Below are positions 61,401-64,000 of a stretch of 64,000 nt of DNA, piece by piece (position 1 is the first letter of the stretch; each line of letters starts with the position of its first letter). A model generated the notes under the pieces. That model saw only the letters and a list, made by a program, of their open reading frames with translations. It did not search any database and had not been told where the DNA came from. Location: positions 620,001 to 684,000 of the forward strand of contig LSRY02000011.1 in the NCBI GenBank assembly GCA_001643675.2, read 5' to 3'. The DNA comes from Monocercomonoides exilis PA203 (lineage: Eukaryota > Protista > Preaxostyla). A program made the position numbers and the translations under genes.

Positions 61401-63465
61401 TCACATATTTTATCCACAGCATGGCCATTGTTCTTCCGTATTTATCGGCTAATATGATGCTGTGCCTCATCCATTTAGGTGGTTCTTTTTGAATATTTTC
61501 AATGTAATACATGGCCACTGTTCTTCCCTCTTCATCGGCAAGCGAAATATCATGTTTCAAACTGTCCGGGGGATCTGTTTTATTAAGTTTAATCCAGTTC
61601 ATTGCTTCAGTTCTTCCATTAACGTTTGCTAATAATTTGTCAGGCTTCATCCATTCAGGTACAGCAGCGTCAACAAAATCGCTCCAATATTTTGCCATTG
61701 TTCTTCCATATTCATCGGTAAGTGTAATGCAATGTATCATCCATTCTGGTGGCTCTGTCTTCACATATTTTATCCACAGCATGGCCATTGTTGCCCCATC
61801 ATTATCGCTAAGAATATTATCGTGTCTCATCCACTCTGGTGGCTCCGTCTGGACATATTTTATCCAGAGCATCGCCATTGTTGTTCCATTCTTATCGCAA
61901 AGTGAAATTTCATGTCTCATCCACTCTGGTGGCTCGGTTTTGATATATTCAATCCACAGCATGGCCATCGTCATTCCTCTTTTATTGACAATAATATTGC
62001 TATGTCTCATAAATGCCGGCGGCTCTGTATTGATATGAAAAATCCAGTGAATGGCCATCGTTGCTCCATTCTTATCGCTTTGAGAAATACTATGTCTCAT
62101 CCACTCTGGTGGTGACTTTTTGACATATTCAATCCACAACATGGCCATTGTTAATCCATCTTCATTTCCAAGTGCATTATCGTGTCTCATCCATTTTGGT
62201 GGCTCTGTCTTTATATTTGCGATCCAATACATCGCCATTGTTGCTCCATCACTATTTTGGAGTACATATTCGTGTCTCATCCATTCTGGTGGCTCTGTCA
62301 GGACATATTTTATCCAGAGCATGGCCATTGTTCTTCCATTATTATCGCAAATTGTAATATTGTGTCTCATCCATTCTGGCGGCTCTGTTTTGACGTTTGC
62401 TATCCAATACATCGCCATTGTGCATCCATCATAATCGCCAAGTGTGATTTCATGCCTCATCCATTCACGTGGTTCTGTCTTTGTACTTGTGATCCAATGC
62501 ATGGCTATGGACAATCCTTTCTTGTCGCGATATGAAATGCCATACCTCATATGCTCAGGTGGTTCTGTTTTTTTCTCCATAATCCAGCGCATTGCTCCAA
62601 TTCTTCCATTGCTATCGGGGGAATTATCACATTTCATCCATTCTGGTAAATCAGTTTGAATATTTTCAATCCAATACATCGCCATTGTCCATCCATTTTC
62701 ATCTGCAAAAGAAATATTATGTCTCATCCATTCTGGTGGAGCTGTTTGAACATATTCGATCCACAGCATGGCCATTGTTTTTCCGTTATCATCAGTGCGC
62801 GCAATGTCATGTCTCATCCATTCGGGTGGTTCTTTCTTCACATATCGAATCCATAACATGGCCATTGTCCATCCATCCTTACCAGCAAGCGTTATTCCGT
62901 GTCTCATCCATTCTGGTGGCTCTGTATTAGCATATATGATCCAATACATGGCCATTGTCCATCCGTCCTTATCAGCAAGTGTGATGTCATGTCTCATCCA
63001 TTTCGGCGGTTCCGTCTTTTCACTTATAATCCAATACATTGCCATTGTTATCCCATTCTTACTGCCAAGTGTGATGTCATGTCTCATCCACTCTGGTGGA
63101 TCCGTCTGGACATATTTTATCCACAGCATGGCCATTGTTCTTCCTTTCTTATCGCAAAGTGCAATGTCATGTCTCATCCATTCGAGTGGCTCTTTTTGAA
63201 TATTTTCAATATAATACATGGCCACTGTTCTTCCATCATTGTCTGCAATAGAAATTTTATGTCTCATCCATTCAGGTGGCTCAGTTTTACTTTTCTCTAT
63301 CCAACGCATAGCTTTTGTTTTTCCCTCTGTATCTTGATAAGCATTTATATTATCAAAAATGCTTGCCATTTTGCGAGAGGAAGATCTATAAAATTCGCTT
63401 GTTGTTCGGTAAAAGTTTTTCCAGAAGGATGATCGATCAATGATTTCCCATTTTTTAGTTTCCAT
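58495..63465 (-). CDS. Intronless 1,656-aa tandem-repeat protein: 54 copies of a 30-aa ankyrin-like unit, consensus DxxGxTMAMxWIxxxxTEPPEWMRHxxxxx
   Basis: Uninterrupted ORF with a 90-nt DNA period. A 44-aa leader, 50 units of 30 aa, 2 of 29 aa, 1 of 31 aa and a 23-aa last unit sum to 1,656 aa. DxxGxT followed by a hydrophobic helix resembles the ankyrin hairpin and helix 1. Confidence 0.9.
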   Translation of the reverse strand: METKKWEIIDRSSFWKNFYRTTSEFYRSSSRKMASIFDNINAYQDTEGKTKAMRWIEKSKTEPPEWMRHKISIADNDGRTVAMYYIENIQKEPLEWMRHDIALCDKKGRTMAMLWIKYVQTDPPEWMRHDITLGSKNGITMAMYWIISEKTEPPKWMRHDITLADKDGWTMAMYWIIYANTEPPEWMRHGITLAGKDGWTMAMLWIRYVKKEPPEWMRHDIARTDDNGKTMAMLWIEYVQTAPPEWMRHNISFADENGWTMAMYWIENIQTDLPEWMKCDNSPDSNGRIGAMRWIMEKKTEPPEHMRYGISYRDKKGLSIAMHWITSTKTEPREWMRHEITLGDYDGCTMAMYWIANVKTEPPEWMRHNITICDNNGRTMAMLWIKYVLTEPPEWMRHEYVLQNSDGATMAMYWIANIKTEPPKWMRHDNALGNEDGLTMAMLWIEYVKKSPPEWMRHSISQSDKNGATMAIHWIFHINTEPPAFMRHSNIIVNKRGMTMAMLWIEYIKTEPPEWMRHEISLCDKNGTTMAMLWIKYVQTEPPEWMRHDNILSDNDGATMAMLWIKYVKTEPPEWMIHCITLTDEYGRTMAKYWSDFVDAAVPEWMKPDKLLANVNGRTEAMNWIKLNKTDPPDSLKHDISLADEEGRTVAMYYIENIQKEPPKWMRHSIILADKYGRTMAMLWIKYVKTEPPKWMRHSTTLTDEYGATMAMLWIEYVKTEPPEWMRHGITLCDHDGATMAMLWIESVMTEPPEWMRHDSALGNEDGLTMAMYWIIHANTEPPEWMRHDITFCDHDGATMAEYWSDFVDSAVPEWMKPDKLLANVNGRTEAMNWIKLNKTDPPDSLKHDISLADEEGRTVAMYYIENIQKEPPKWMRHSIILADKYGRTMAMLWIKYVKTEPPKWMRHSTTLCDHDGATMVMLWIEYVKTNPPEWMRHGITLCDNNGWTMAMHWIENIKTEPPEWMRHDKIHGDYNKKTMAMLWIEYVQTAPPEWMRHSITLTDEYGRTMAKYWSDFVDAAVPEWMKPDKLLANVNGRTEAMNWIKLNKTDPPDSLKHDIAITGGSKRQTMAMYWISKVKTEPPKWMRHSIILADKYGRTMAMLWIKYVKTEPPKWMRHSTTLTDEYGATMAMLWIEYVKTNPPEWMRHSIILANEIGRTMAMLWIDCLQEAPPEWMRHDSALTDEDGCTMAMLWIEYVQTAPPEWMRHNIARTDDDGRTMAMLWIEYVQTAPPEWMRHEITLGEKDGRTMAMCWITNIQTAPPEWMRHDIARTDDNGKTMAMLWIEYVQTAPPEWMRHNISFADENGWTMAMYWIENIQTDLPEWMKCDNSPDSNGRIGAMRWIMEKKTEPPEHMRYGISYRDKKGLSIAMHWITSTKTEPREWMRHEITLGDYDGCTMAMYWIANVKTEPPEWMRHNITICDNNGRTMAMLWIKYVLTEPPEWMRHEYVLQNSDGATMAMYWIANIKTEPPKWMRHDNALGNEDGLTMAMLWIEYVKKSPPEWMRHSISQSDKNGATMAIHWIFHINTEPPAFMRHSNIIVNKRGMTMAMLWIEYIKTEPPEWMRHEISLCDKNGTTMAMLWIKYVQTEPPEWMRHDNILSDNDGATMAMLWIKYVKTEPPEWMRHSSTLADNEGRTMANYWLNNVNSELPKWM
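58601..62823. repeat. Direct duplication of 1,073 bp inside the repeat gene (58601-59673 = 61751-62823, offset 3,150)
   Basis: The two blocks look identical by eye, and identical shadow ORFs recur at exactly +3150 (58762/61912, 58970/62120, 59032/62182, 59294/62444). Confidence 0.9.
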
Positions 63466-63699
63466 TTTTGAATCAATGATTTAAAAGTTCAATAATCAGA
63501 AATTATTCACAATTGTTTGTGTAAATGAACATCAACAAATCTCACACTCCGATATGTTCGTTTCAACTGAATTCATAATAGGAGTAAAGTTCGCAAAAAG
63601 GCAGTTGATTCTTTCAAAAAAATTTTTTCATTTTAATTTTTTTTTGATCAAATGAGTATAAAAGGCAAAAACAACATCCAAGTGCATGCAGCGAATTCA

Positions 63700-64000
63700 T
63701 TGAATGAACAGGGTTTTGCAGAAAGTGTTCCAGATTGAAGGATGTTATTGTTAGCTCCACTCCACTCGATATCCCCCATCTGCAGCTGAATTGCTTGTCC
63801 CAGTTGTCTTGGTGTCATTCCACACGCTCAAAGTGAAAGTATTTTTCTCCATTGGCTGTTTCGTTTTCGTCTAAGGATGCTCTCTATCGCTTTCGTTTCC
63901 AGTGATGTTGACAATTCCTTTCCCGCAGCACCCGGCAAATGAGGTGTTTGCGACAATCAAAGAGGATGAAGGGTTATTGAGGAATGGTACAAATCTGTTC
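63700..64000 (-). pseudogene. Degenerate fragment of a beta-helix surface-protein family gene, running off the window end
   Basis: Minus strand reads SSLIVANTSFAGCCGKGIVNITGNESDREHP*, then in a shifted frame NTFTLSVWNDTKTTGTSNSAADGG. This resembles, from recollection, an expanded oxymonad family motif (NTSF.GCC..W...KTTG..GG). A stop and frameshifts are present. Confidence 0.45.

Noticed and set aside
58574-63432. Regular 90-nt repeats with variable intervals (CRISPR-like look) and repetitive plus-strand ORFs
   Set aside because: The period is a multiple of 3 and matches the minus-strand protein repeat. The variable parts are homologous to each other, there are no cas genes, and the context is eukaryotic.
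1-64000. Alternative genetic code (TAA/TAG read as Gln, as in some metamonads)
   Set aside because: Conserved genes end at expected positions with TAA (RPL14, roadblock, SCAI) and TAG (M6PR-like), and multi-kb exons contain no in-frame TAA/TAG.

Overview
Eukaryotic protist genomic DNA with AT-rich intergenic regions, short GT-AG spliceosomal introns (mostly 50-210 nt) and giant Ser/Glu-rich exons. TAA, TAG and TGA all act as stops, so the code is standard. Gene style and gene families point to an oxymonad such as Monocercomonoides (inference). In order, the window holds: a perfect ~900-bp palindrome at the start; an M6PR/Atg27-like sorting receptor; a ~3,930-aa SCAI homolog inflated by low-complexity inserts; a stand-alone Prp19 coiled-coil protein; a kinase-less Mad3/Bub1-family protein; RPL14; a dynein roadblock light chain; a large coiled-coil protein; a beta-helix/TM/pseudokinase receptor-like protein; a nested MITE cluster and a ~400-nt foldback; a gene I reconstruct as 12 exons and ~3,900 aa, fusing two PTB/hnRNP-L-type RRMs, a NEK-like pseudokinase and six ARM super-repeats; and an intronless 1,656-aa protein of 54 ankyrin-like 30-aa repeats in six capped modules with recent block duplications. 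The last two are the strongest candidates for undescribed systems. All exon models were built by hand and need RNA-seq confirmation.
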